A stretch of DNA of 64,000 nucleotides from an uncultured Candidatus Saccharibacteria bacterium (GTDB taxonomy: Bacteria > Patescibacteriota > Minisyncoccia > Phycocordibacterales > Zambryskibacteraceae). The translations under genes and the position numbers were made by a program. The notes beneath the pieces were generated by a model that saw nothing but the letters and a program-made list of their open reading frames with translations, made no database searches and was not told the origin of the DNA. This document shows, one piece after another, positions 28,693 to 37,961 of this stretch. The stretch is taken from NCBI GenBank assembly GCA_964383705.1, contig CAYLHJ010000001.1, positions 37,659 to 101,658 of the forward strand. Reading direction: 5' to 3'. Within the stretch, counting starts at the first letter, position 1. Every line of letters starts with the position of its first letter.

Positions 28693-30453
28693 ATGCACAT
28701 TGAAGAAAAACAACTTAAAGAATTCATTCTTGATTCGGGTTTAGTCTCTCGCGCAGATTTAACTAAGGCAGAAAAAGAATCAGCTGAAAGTGGGATTAGT
28801 GTTGGTAAAATTTTAGTTAATAAAGGATCTCTCACGGAAGATGACCTTCGTCGCATGCAAGCCTATATTCTGGGTATCCCATTTGTGGATTTGAAAGGTC
28901 TTAGAATTGATTTTGAAGTACTCTCTCTTATTCCAGAGCCGATTGCAAGAAATAATAATATTATTGCGTTTAGAAAAGTTGGTGACACATTGGAAGTTGC
29001 AATGCTTGATACCGAGGACCTTGCGGCAATTGATTTTATTCGTAAGAAAACCGGATTAAAAATACTCCCGCGCCTTACTGACACAGAATCGGTTAAAAGC
29101 GCTCTTTTGAATTATCAGAAAAGTCTTAAAGCAGAGTTCGGAGACATAATTCAAAAAGAAGCAAATACCCTTAAGTCAATATCTGACAAAGTAGGAGAGG
29201 ATATGGTGTCGGAAAGCGAACTTAAAAAACTCGCAGAAGATGTTCCAGTAGTAAGAATAGTCGACACTTTGTTGAAGCATGCAATTATTCAAAATGCCTC
29301 TGATATTCATATTGAACCAATGGAAAACCAGGTGCTCGTTAGATATCGTATCGACGGGCTTCTTCATGATGCCATGGTTTTACCAAAAAATGTTGCTAAT
29401 GGTATAACTGCTCGAATCAAGGTTCTGTCAAATCTTAAACTAGATGAAAAGAGAATTCCTCAAGATGGTCGCTTTAAGATAGATATGAATGAAGAGAAAG
29501 TTTCATTTCGTATCTCAACTCTTCCTGTCTATTACGGAGAAAAGATTGTGATGAGGCTTCTAAGAGAGGGGGCATCAGGATTTACTCTTGAAGGCCTGGG
29601 TTTCCATGGCGATGGATTAGAAAAACTTCATAAAGCGACACGTCTTACAACTGGAATGATTCTTACTACTGGCCCCACTGGTTCAGGTAAGACTACCACT
29701 CTTTATACAATGCTAGATATTGTAAACCAACCCGATGTTAATATTTCTACGATTGAAGACCCAATTGAGTATCAAATGAAGAGGGTCAATCAAACACAAG
29801 TAAAACCAGAAATTGGTTTTACTTTCGCTACGGGGCTTCGCACTTTAGTTCGACAAGATCCAGATATTATTATGGTTGGAGAAATCCGCGATACCGAGAC
29901 CGCCGCCCTTGCCGTGAATGCTGCATTGACTGGTCATCTTGTCTTATCAACCTTGCATACTAATTCTGCTGCTGGGACAATTGCTCGTCTTATCGATATG
30001 AAGATAGAGCCGTTTCTTCTCACCTCAACCCTTTCTGTGATTGTTGCTCAACGTCTCATTCGACGATTGGCCGATTCAAAGGAAAAATATTTTTTAACTA
30101 AGGAAGAGCTTGGTCAGTTGGAAAAGATTGTTGATCTTGACCTAATCTTAAGAACCCTAAAGGAGGAAAAAATTGTCGATAAAGGAGCGTCGTGGGAGAA
30201 AATGCCAATGTATAAACCAAAGCCCGGAGGAGATACAGAGGATGGATATAGAAGTCGTATTGGTATCCATGAAGTTTTACGTGTTACGCCAGCAATCAAA
30301 GATTTAATTATGAAAAACGCAACAACTCAAGAAGTAGAAGATTGTGCTAAAAAAGAAGGTATGCTCACAATGCTTGAAGACGGCGTCTTTAAGGCTGTAC
30401 AAGGTATTACTACGATTGAAGAGGTGTTGCGTGTGGTCTCATCCGACGAATAA
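28693..30453 (+). CDS. pilB: Type IV pilus assembly ATPase PilB (GspE family)
   Basis: N-terminal GSPII domain; Walker A LTTGPTGSGKTTTLYTML; Asp and His boxes. Confidence 0.9.
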   Translation: MHIEEKQLKEFILDSGLVSRADLTKAEKESAESGISVGKILVNKGSLTEDDLRRMQAYILGIPFVDLKGLRIDFEVLSLIPEPIARNNNIIAFRKVGDTLEVAMLDTEDLAAIDFIRKKTGLKILPRLTDTESVKSALLNYQKSLKAEFGDIIQKEANTLKSISDKVGEDMVSESELKKLAEDVPVVRIVDTLLKHAIIQNASDIHIEPMENQVLVRYRIDGLLHDAMVLPKNVANGITARIKVLSNLKLDEKRIPQDGRFKIDMNEEKVSFRISTLPVYYGEKIVMRLLREGASGFTLEGLGFHGDGLEKLHKATRLTTGMILTTGPTGSGKTTTLYTMLDIVNQPDVNISTIEDPIEYQMKRVNQTQVKPEIGFTFATGLRTLVRQDPDIIMVGEIRDTETAALAVNAALTGHLVLSTLHTNSAAGTIARLIDMKIEPFLLTSTLSVIVAQRLIRRLADSKEKYFLTKEELGQLEKIVDLDLILRTLKEEKIVDKGASWEKMPMYKPKPGGDTEDGYRSRIGIHEVLRVTPAIKDLIMKNATTQEVEDCAKKEGMLTMLEDGVFKAVQGITTIEEVLRVVSSDE

Positions 30454-30454
30454 C

Positions 30455-31672
30455 ATGACAATTTTCAGATATAAAACTTTAAATAAAGAAGGGGTGGTGA
30501 ACGAGGATACAATAGAAGCCCCAGATAGGTTTGCGGTATATCGAAAAATAAAAGAAACTGGGGACAGTGTTATTTATGTAAATGAAGTCCGGAAGCATTC
30601 TTTTTTTTCTTTTGAAAAATTTTCTAATTTTTTCTCTAGAGTAAAGATTCAAGAAAAAATTATATTTGCTAGAAACTTGGCTTCAATGATAGAGGCAGGT
30701 CTCTCTGTTACTCGAGCACTTGCTGTAATGGAAAAGCAGACAAAAAATAAGAAACTCAAAGTAGTTTTGGAGGAATTGAATGACGATATAAGCCGGGGCA
30801 AGAGTCTTTCAGAATCAATGAGAACTAAGAGTGATGTTTTTTCACCACTCTTTATTTCCATGGTTAAGGCGGGAGAAGAGAGTGGAAATCTGGCCGGATC
30901 TTTAAAAGTGGTTTCTATCCAAATGGAGAAAGCTTACACTTTAACAAAGAAGGTCCGTGGGGCGCTCATGTACCCAGCAGTTATCGTAAGCATAATGATT
31001 ATTATCGGGATTCTCATGCTTGTCTTTATGGTTCCAACACTTACAGCAACATTTGAAGGTTTAGGGGTAAAATTACCAGCAAGTACTCGCCTCGTTATCT
31101 CTGTTTCTGATTTTTTGAGGAATAATTATCTTTTGACGATTGTCGGCATAGTTATTTTGGTAATTTCTTTTATTTTTATCTATAGAAGCGCTCCAGGGAA
31201 AAAGTTTTTTAATTTTATTGCAATTCATTTTCCTATATTCGGAAGTATTGTCAGAGAGATTAATGCGGCTCGTACCGCGAGGACCCTTTCTTCTTTATTA
31301 TCTTCTGGTGTGGATATTATATATGCGATAGGAGTCACTCAAGAGGTTCTTCAAAATTTCTATTACAAAGAGGTTTTAGCAAAAGCTCAGAAGAATATTG
31401 AAAAAGGTGAAACAATGTCTCTTGCATTCATAGAGAATGAAAAATTATATCCAATTTTTGTTGGTGAGATGATGAGTGTTGGAGAGGAGACTGGTAAGAT
31501 GGCGGATATGTTGATGGGGGTGGCGACTTTTTATGAAGATGAAGTAGATCAAAAGACGAAAGATATGTCTACATTAATCGAACCTTTTCTTATGGTGATG
31601 ATGGGTCTTGCTGTTGGGTTTTTTGCAATTTCAATGTTGGCTCCTACGTATTCTTTGGTTGATGCGATATAA
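30455..31672 (+). CDS. pilC: Type IV pilus platform protein PilC (GspF family)
   Basis: Two GspF repeats with polytopic TM segments. Start ATG at 30455 directly after the pilB stop (the provided ORF 30344.. is an upstream in-frame extension). Confidence 0.85.
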   Translation: MTIFRYKTLNKEGVVNEDTIEAPDRFAVYRKIKETGDSVIYVNEVRKHSFFSFEKFSNFFSRVKIQEKIIFARNLASMIEAGLSVTRALAVMEKQTKNKKLKVVLEELNDDISRGKSLSESMRTKSDVFSPLFISMVKAGEESGNLAGSLKVVSIQMEKAYTLTKKVRGALMYPAVIVSIMIIIGILMLVFMVPTLTATFEGLGVKLPASTRLVISVSDFLRNNYLLTIVGIVILVISFIFIYRSAPGKKFFNFIAIHFPIFGSIVREINAARTARTLSSLLSSGVDIIYAIGVTQEVLQNFYYKEVLAKAQKNIEKGETMSLAFIENEKLYPIFVGEMMSVGEETGKMADMLMGVATFYEDEVDQKTKDMSTLIEPFLMVMMGLAVGFFAISMLAPTYSLVDAI

Positions 31673-31679
31673 TTCCTGC

Positions 31680-33518
31680 ATGAGGAGAATTTTTGTTTCT
31701 CTTTTTTCACTTTCACGTTCTATAAAAAAACAGGACGGTTTTAGTTTAATAGAAATTATAGTTGGAGCAGCAATTTTTGCTATTATCGCGGTATCTGTCT
31801 ACCAGAGTTACGCTAGTCTCATTGCTCTAGTTTCTGCTTCTCGAGTAAAAATCACAGCAACAGATCTAATTAATGAGCAATTTGAACTTATACGAAACTT
31901 ACCTTATGACAAGGTTGGCATTGCGGGGGGAATTCCTGATGGGGTTTTGGAGAATAGTGAGATTTTTGTTCGCGATAATGGCACTTTTACTATCGTAAGG
32001 ACTGTGCGAAATATCGATGACCCGTTTGACGGCGTTATAGGGGGTTCTCCAAATGATTTATCTCCAGCTGATTACAAATTAGTGGAGATTGAGGTTAATT
32101 GTGATGTATGTAAAAACTTTGTTGAAATGTCGGTGACGAGTCGTGTTTCCCCAAAAAATTTAGAAACTGCATCAACAAATGGTGCGCTTTTTATTCGTGT
32201 TTTTGATGCAAATGGTAATCCAGTCCCGAATGCGAATGTTCACGTCGAAAATAATCTTGCAACTACATCAATCGTTATAGATGACGTCACCGATAACCAA
32301 GGAATGCTTCAGATTGTTGACGCTCCGCCAGGAATAAATGCATATGAAATCACAGTCTCAAAATCAGGGTATACAACTGATGAGACATACACCGCTTCTG
32401 TGGGTAATCCAAATCCAACAAAACCGCATGCGACGGTATTACTTCAGCAAGTAACACAAGTCTCTTTTGTCATAGATAAGGTAAGTACGGTAAATGTTTC
32501 AACTCTTACTGACGATTGTACTGCGGTAGGGAGTATCCCTTTTTCGATGACTGGTGCAAAACTTATTGGTGCTAATCCTGATGTCTATAAATACAGTGCA
32601 AATCATTTGACTAATTCAGGCGGATTAAAAACACTTTCTCAAGTTGAATGGGACACATATAATCTTACGGTAAGTGATCCAACATACCATTTGGCTGGTG
32701 TGAATCCACTTTTACCAGTTTCTATTCTTCCCGATGCTGTACAAGACATACAACTAATTCTTACTACCAAAAACCCATCCCACTTATTAGTAACGGTTAA
32801 AGACAATAGCAACGGCCTCCCACTTTCTGGTGCAGATGTCACTCTTACCAAGACGGGCTATACAGATGTGCTTATAACTGGGCGGGGGTTTTTAAAACAA
32901 AGTGATTGGTCTGGTGGACCGGGTCAAGATGACTTTGTTGATAAAACTCGATATAACAGCTCTGATGGGAATATAGATATAAATAATCCTGTTGGTGAAA
33001 TAAAACTGACAAATATTTTCGGTGACTATGCTCCAAGTGGAGTCCTATCCTCTTCTATATTTGATACTGGGACAACTACGAATTTCAACCAAATTATTTG
33101 GAATCCGGCAAGCCAGCCTCAGGCGACTGGCCCAGACTCGGTCCTTTTCCAATTCGCAAGTGATCCGCTAAATAATGCAAGCACTACATGGGAGTTTCTT
33201 GGTCCAGATGGAACGGGTTTAACTTTTTATACTATTGCTGATACGAACATTAATAGTATTCACAATGGAGACAGATATTTCCGCTACAAGTCTTATCTTG
33301 CGACGGCGAGTTCGACTTTGACGCCAAATATCGCTGAAGTTGCTTTCACCTTTACTTCAGAATGTACTCCGCCAGGTCAGGTCTTATTTTCTGGTCTTTC
33401 TGGCGGGACATATACACTTTCTGTCGATAAGTCGGGGTATGGTAGTTATCAAAATCAAATTATCATCCCTAATGATGTTTCTTTTCTTCAGCATGAGGTG
33501 GATTTAGTTACCCAATAA
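31680..33518 (+). CDS. Giant prepilin-like protein (class III signal, N-terminal methylation motif) of about 612 aa
   Basis: RSIKKQDG|FSLIEIIVGAAIFAIIAVSV matches the prepilin cleavage/methylation consensus (G|FxxxE). A long beta-rich C-terminal domain follows. Confidence 0.7.
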   Translation: MRRIFVSLFSLSRSIKKQDGFSLIEIIVGAAIFAIIAVSVYQSYASLIALVSASRVKITATDLINEQFELIRNLPYDKVGIAGGIPDGVLENSEIFVRDNGTFTIVRTVRNIDDPFDGVIGGSPNDLSPADYKLVEIEVNCDVCKNFVEMSVTSRVSPKNLETASTNGALFIRVFDANGNPVPNANVHVENNLATTSIVIDDVTDNQGMLQIVDAPPGINAYEITVSKSGYTTDETYTASVGNPNPTKPHATVLLQQVTQVSFVIDKVSTVNVSTLTDDCTAVGSIPFSMTGAKLIGANPDVYKYSANHLTNSGGLKTLSQVEWDTYNLTVSDPTYHLAGVNPLLPVSILPDAVQDIQLILTTKNPSHLLVTVKDNSNGLPLSGADVTLTKTGYTDVLITGRGFLKQSDWSGGPGQDDFVDKTRYNSSDGNIDINNPVGEIKLTNIFGDYAPSGVLSSSIFDTGTTTNFNQIIWNPASQPQATGPDSVLFQFASDPLNNASTTWEFLGPDGTGLTFYTIADTNINSIHNGDRYFRYKSYLATASSTLTPNIAEVAFTFTSECTPPGQVLFSGLSGGTYTLSVDKSGYGSYQNQIIIPNDVSFLQHEVDLVTQ

Positions 33519-33519
33519 G

Positions 33520-34155
33520 ATGAATCTAGAAAAAAATAAATTTGAAAAGGAATCAGCTAATTACGGTTTTAGCATTCTGGAAATGCTTGTTAGCGTCGCT
33601 ATTATTAGTCTAATTGGTTTGGCAGTTGCCAACTTTCAGAAAGATATTTTTTCTTTAAATACTCATTTACAAGATAGTCTAAGCGCTCAGCTAGATGCCA
33701 GAAAAGTTCTTCGAAGTTTTATTGCTGAAGTTCGAAGTGCTTCGCCGTCAAGTCTGGGTGGATATGCGATTGAGTCTGCGGGGACATCATCAATTACTTT
33801 CTACAGTAATATAGATAATGATTTATACAAAGAGCGTTTAAGATATTTTTTGCAGGGGAGCGATCTTAAACGTGGAGTGATAAAGCCTGGTGGAAATCCA
33901 CTGGTATACAATCCATCAGATGAGGAATTTGATATTATTGCTCGTGATGTAGTAAACGGTACAAATACTCCGATATTTGATTATTTTGATAAAAATTTTT
34001 ATGGAACGACTACACCACTTACAAGTCCTGTTGATCCGATTCTTGTTAGATTAATTCGCATGACTCTCGTAATTGATCGTGACCCAAATAAAAGTCCGGA
34101 GCCAATCAACGTCTCTTCGCAAGGGACACTTCGTAATTTGAAAGATAATTTATGA
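33520..34155 (+). CDS. Prepilin-type pseudopilin
   Basis: ANYG|FSILEMLVSVAIISLIGLAV. Confidence 0.7.
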   Translation: MNLEKNKFEKESANYGFSILEMLVSVAIISLIGLAVANFQKDIFSLNTHLQDSLSAQLDARKVLRSFIAEVRSASPSSLGGYAIESAGTSSITFYSNIDNDLYKERLRYFLQGSDLKRGVIKPGGNPLVYNPSDEEFDIIARDVVNGTNTPIFDYFDKNFYGTTTPLTSPVDPILVRLIRMTLVIDRDPNKSPEPINVSSQGTLRNLKDNL

Positions 34156-35624
34156 GAATAAAATCTGGTCAAAGTGGGCAAATACTTCTTCAAGTAATTG
34201 TCTTCTCAACAATCGCAGCTCTTCTCATCGGCGGTCTTATTGGTTGGTCTGGTGTAAATATAAAAGCATCCAGACAGTCAGCTGATAGGGAGAGAGCGAT
34301 TCAGCTGGCGGAAGCAGGAATCGATTACTACCGGTGGCATTTGGCACATGCTCCGACTGATTATCAGGATGGAACTGGTGGCCCAGGGCCATACATTCAC
34401 TCTGTTCCTGATAAAAATGGAGACATAATTGGGGAATTTAGTTTAAGTATCACCCCCCCAATTGTTGGTTCAACGAAAGTTCAGGTTGAATCAACGGGTA
34501 TTCCAATAAGTAACCCCGCAATAAGTAGGACGATTAGAGTTGAAATGGCCATTCCTTCTCTGGCCAAATATGCTGTAGTAGCAAATGATAATATGCGTTT
34601 TGGTGCTGGGACAGAAGTTTTTGGTCCAATTCATTCAAATGGGGGGATACGTTTTGATGGTTTAGCACATAATGTTATCACTAGCGCACTTTCTTCATAT
34701 GATGATCCTGATCATACGGGAAATGTTGAATTTGCCGTTCATACTCACGTTAACCCCCCACCAGGTTCAGGTGTTAATGACACTTTTCGCCCGCTCGAAG
34801 CGCCGCCAAGTGCGGTCTCATCTCGTCCGGATATTTTTTTGGTTGGCAGACAATTCCCAGTCCCAGCCGCTGATTTTACAGGATTAACAAATGATCTTTC
34901 GCAAATCAAAGCGAACGCTCAATCGGATGGAAGATATTTTGCATCTTCAGGTGCTCAAGGATATCAAATTCTTCTAAAGACGGATGACACTTTTGATATT
35001 TATAGAGTTGATTCCCAAATTTCAGCTCCATCAAATTGTACAAACGTAGCAAACCAGACTGGATGGGGCACATGGAGCGTAAATGGAAGAACGCTTATTG
35101 GTAATTATCAAATACCGAGCAATGGTTTAATTTTTATTGAAGATAATGTTTGGGTAGAAGGCCAAATAGATGGAGCGCGTGTGACTATTGCGGCAGGGAG
35201 GTTTCCTGACAATCCATCTACAAGGCCAAACATCATAGTAAACAACGATCTTCTTTATACGAACTTTGATGGGAGTGATGTAATAGCTTTAATATCTCAA
35301 GGTCACATACATGTGGGTATGGTTTCGCTCACTAATTTACGTATTGATGCCGCATTGGTTGCTCAAAATGGCAGAGTTGGCAGATTCTACTATCGCCCAC
35401 CGGGAAGTGGTCAAAATAGGTGTTCTCCATACCACACAAGAACAAGCCTTACTTTATATGGAATGATTGCAACCAATGTTCGTTATGGTTTTGCTTATAC
35501 TGATGGCAATGGTTATGGTATAAGGAATATTAACTACGATGCTAACCTTCTTTATGGCCCACCGCCAAGCTTTCCCCTAACATCAGACCAGTACGAAGTC
35601 TTATCTTGGGAAGAGGTTCATTAG
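34152..35624 (+). CDS. PilX/GspK-like minor pilin-associated protein (N-terminal pilin-like helix lacking Glu5)
   Basis: SGQSGQILLQVIVFSTIAALLIGGL hydrophobic N-terminus. Overlaps the upstream gene by 4 nt. Confidence 0.5.
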   Translation: MRIKSGQSGQILLQVIVFSTIAALLIGGLIGWSGVNIKASRQSADRERAIQLAEAGIDYYRWHLAHAPTDYQDGTGGPGPYIHSVPDKNGDIIGEFSLSITPPIVGSTKVQVESTGIPISNPAISRTIRVEMAIPSLAKYAVVANDNMRFGAGTEVFGPIHSNGGIRFDGLAHNVITSALSSYDDPDHTGNVEFAVHTHVNPPPGSGVNDTFRPLEAPPSAVSSRPDIFLVGRQFPVPAADFTGLTNDLSQIKANAQSDGRYFASSGAQGYQILLKTDDTFDIYRVDSQISAPSNCTNVANQTGWGTWSVNGRTLIGNYQIPSNGLIFIEDNVWVEGQIDGARVTIAAGRFPDNPSTRPNIIVNNDLLYTNFDGSDVIALISQGHIHVGMVSLTNLRIDAALVAQNGRVGRFYYRPPGSGQNRCSPYHTRTSLTLYGMIATNVRYGFAYTDGNGYGIRNINYDANLLYGPPPSFPLTSDQYEVLSWEEVH

Positions 35625-35643
35625 TTCGTGATATAATTTTTGG

Positions 35644-36408
35644 ATGGTGAAAAAGTTTGTTATTGCGAATTGGAAGATGAATCCAGAGACTACTGCCGAA
35701 TCAAGGAAATTATTTCAGGATGTGGCAAAGGTTGCGTCAACTCTTAAAAAGATAAATGTCATTATCTCGCCTCCCGCAATATTTCTTTCTGATTTATTAA
35801 GAAAACAGAAAAAAAATGTTTTCCTCTGTTCGCAAGATTTATTTTGGGGTAGAACAGGGCCATTCACTGGACAATTTAGTGCTTCAATGCTTCGAGCATT
35901 AGGTGTTAAATCAAGTATTATTGGCCACTCGGAGAAAAGAGTATTAGGTGAAACTGATGCGATTGTTTCAAAGAAAGTTATTGCCGCTCTCAAAGAATCT
36001 TTAACCCCAATTATTTGTATTGGTGAACGTGAACGAGACCGTGGGGGAGAATATCTAAAATTTCTTGCAGATCAGTTAAAAACATCAATTTCCGGAGTTT
36101 CAAGGAAAGATGTTTCTAAAATTATTATTGCTTACGAACCGATTTGGGCTATTGGCAAGACTGCATCTGATGCGATGAATGCGCACAAACTCCATGAGGT
36201 GGTAATTTTTATTCGCAAGGTCCTAACAACAGTTTTCGGTAGAGAGTTTGCTCAAAAAGTAACTATTATTTATGGTGGATCAGTAGAGCCAAAAAATGCT
36301 TCAGATTTAATAAAAAATGGAAATGTCTCAGGTTTTCTAGTTGGTCATGCAAGCCTCGATTCAAAGAAATTTAAGGAAATATTACTTGCTGTTGAAGCTT
36401 CAAAATGA
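35644..36408 (+). CDS. tpiA: Triosephosphate isomerase
   Basis: FVIANWKMN...IGHSEKR...ICIGE...AYEPIWAIG. Confidence 0.9.
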   Translation: MVKKFVIANWKMNPETTAESRKLFQDVAKVASTLKKINVIISPPAIFLSDLLRKQKKNVFLCSQDLFWGRTGPFTGQFSASMLRALGVKSSIIGHSEKRVLGETDAIVSKKVIAALKESLTPIICIGERERDRGGEYLKFLADQLKTSISGVSRKDVSKIIIAYEPIWAIGKTASDAMNAHKLHEVVIFIRKVLTTVFGREFAQKVTIIYGGSVEPKNASDLIKNGNVSGFLVGHASLDSKKFKEILLAVEASK

Positions 36409-37523
36409 AAAGTGTAAGAGATATAGGGAATATAGAAGGCAAAACCATCTTTCTTCGGGCTGATTTCAATGTACCAGTAAAAGACTCTGTTATTACGGAT
36501 GATTTTCGTATTAAAAAAACACTGCCTCTTATAGATTTTATTCAAAAAAATGGCGGTAGATTGGTTATTGGTAGTCATTTTGAAGGTGAGGGTGGCAGTT
36601 TAAAGCCGGTTTTTGAATATTTAAAGAAAGATTATCAAATTGTTTTTTTAGAGGATTTTTATCCTGAGGGGCTCTCTGTTATAAAAGAGGCTCTTGATAG
36701 TGGAAATATTGTATTACTTGATAATTTAAGAAAGTATAAAGAAGAAAAAGAAAATAGTGATGAGTATGCAAAACATCTTTCAAGTTTTGCCGATTTTTTT
36801 GTAAACGAAGCTTTTTCTTCCGCCCACCGAAGACATGCCTCTGTTATTGGAATACCAAAATATATTCCAGGTTTTTCAGGTTTTGTTTTTGAAGAAGAAA
36901 TTAAGGAACTTTCTCGCGTTTTAAAACCAACTCACCCTTTTTTATTTATTCTTGGTGGCGCAAAGTTTGAAACGAAACTCCCACTTGTAAGAAAAATATT
37001 TAATATTGCCGATTACGTGTTTATTGGAGGCGCTCTCGCAAATGATTTTATAAAAGCTCAAGGCTTAAGTGTTGGTTCATCACTTTTATCATCTGATGGT
37101 GCTGATGTTAGAGATTTTTTAACCCCTAAACTTATTCTACCGTCAGATGTTTTAGTAAGAGACGAATCAGGGGCGATAACAAAAAAGAAAATTACGGATA
37201 TTAACATTACTGATTATATTGTCGATGTTGGTCCAGAAACCATGGAGCGTGTTGATTCGTGTATCCAATCAGTAAAGAGTATTCTTTGGAACGGTCCACT
37301 AGGGAATTATGAACTTGGTTTCAAGGAAGCGACTCTATCTTTGGCAAAGAGTATTGCGGGAAGTGATACTGTGTCTGTTGTTGGAGGGGGAGATACTATT
37401 GCATCAATAGCCGAACTTAATCTTTCAGATAAATTTACTTTTATTTCTACAGGAGGCGGGGCAATGCTAGATTTTCTCGCAAATGAAACTCTGCCTGGTA
37501 TAGAGGCATTAAATCAACATTAA
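36405..37523 (+). CDS. pgk: Phosphoglycerate kinase
   Basis: IFLRADFNVPVKD...VIGSHFEGE...GGGA C-terminal motif. Confidence 0.85.
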   Translation: MKSVRDIGNIEGKTIFLRADFNVPVKDSVITDDFRIKKTLPLIDFIQKNGGRLVIGSHFEGEGGSLKPVFEYLKKDYQIVFLEDFYPEGLSVIKEALDSGNIVLLDNLRKYKEEKENSDEYAKHLSSFADFFVNEAFSSAHRRHASVIGIPKYIPGFSGFVFEEEIKELSRVLKPTHPFLFILGGAKFETKLPLVRKIFNIADYVFIGGALANDFIKAQGLSVGSSLLSSDGADVRDFLTPKLILPSDVLVRDESGAITKKKITDINITDYIVDVGPETMERVDSCIQSVKSILWNGPLGNYELGFKEATLSLAKSIAGSDTVSVVGGGDTIASIAELNLSDKFTFISTGGGAMLDFLANETLPGIEALNQH

Positions 37524-37530
37524 TACAGCT

Positions 37531-37941
37531 CTAATTAATCTCTTTTCTTATTTTATTTCCCGTTGAAGTCATTTCTTCAGGATTTCGTTTCTTGCCAAGC
37601 CAATGCTCGTAGCCGTCTCCTTTATATCTAGGAATAATGTGTGTATGCGTATGAAAAACTATTTGTCCTGCTGCTGGTTCATTATTACTTATGATATTGA
37701 TTCCCTCTGCTTGAACTGCCTTTTTTACTGCAATAGATATTTTTTTTGTTATGACTGCTAGGTTTGAAATAACCTCATCTGGGGTCTCATAAATATTTTC
37801 AAAATGATCTTTGGGTATTACCAGAGTATGACCCAAACTATTTGGTAGAATATTTAAAAAAGCCAAGGTTTTTTCATCCTCATAGACTTTTTCGGTTGGC
37901 ACCTCTCCACGAATAATCTTACAAAATACGCAATCGTCCAT
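37531..37941 (-). CDS. HIT-family nucleotide hydrolase
   Basis: CVFCKII...HTHTHIIPR histidine triad. Confidence 0.85.
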   Translation of the reverse strand: MDDCVFCKIIRGEVPTEKVYEDEKTLAFLNILPNSLGHTLVIPKDHFENIYETPDEVISNLAVITKKISIAVKKAVQAEGINIISNNEPAAGQIVFHTHTHIIPRYKGDGYEHWLGKKRNPEEMTSTGNKIRKEIN

Positions 37942-37961
37942 ACTCTAAGTATAATGGTAGA

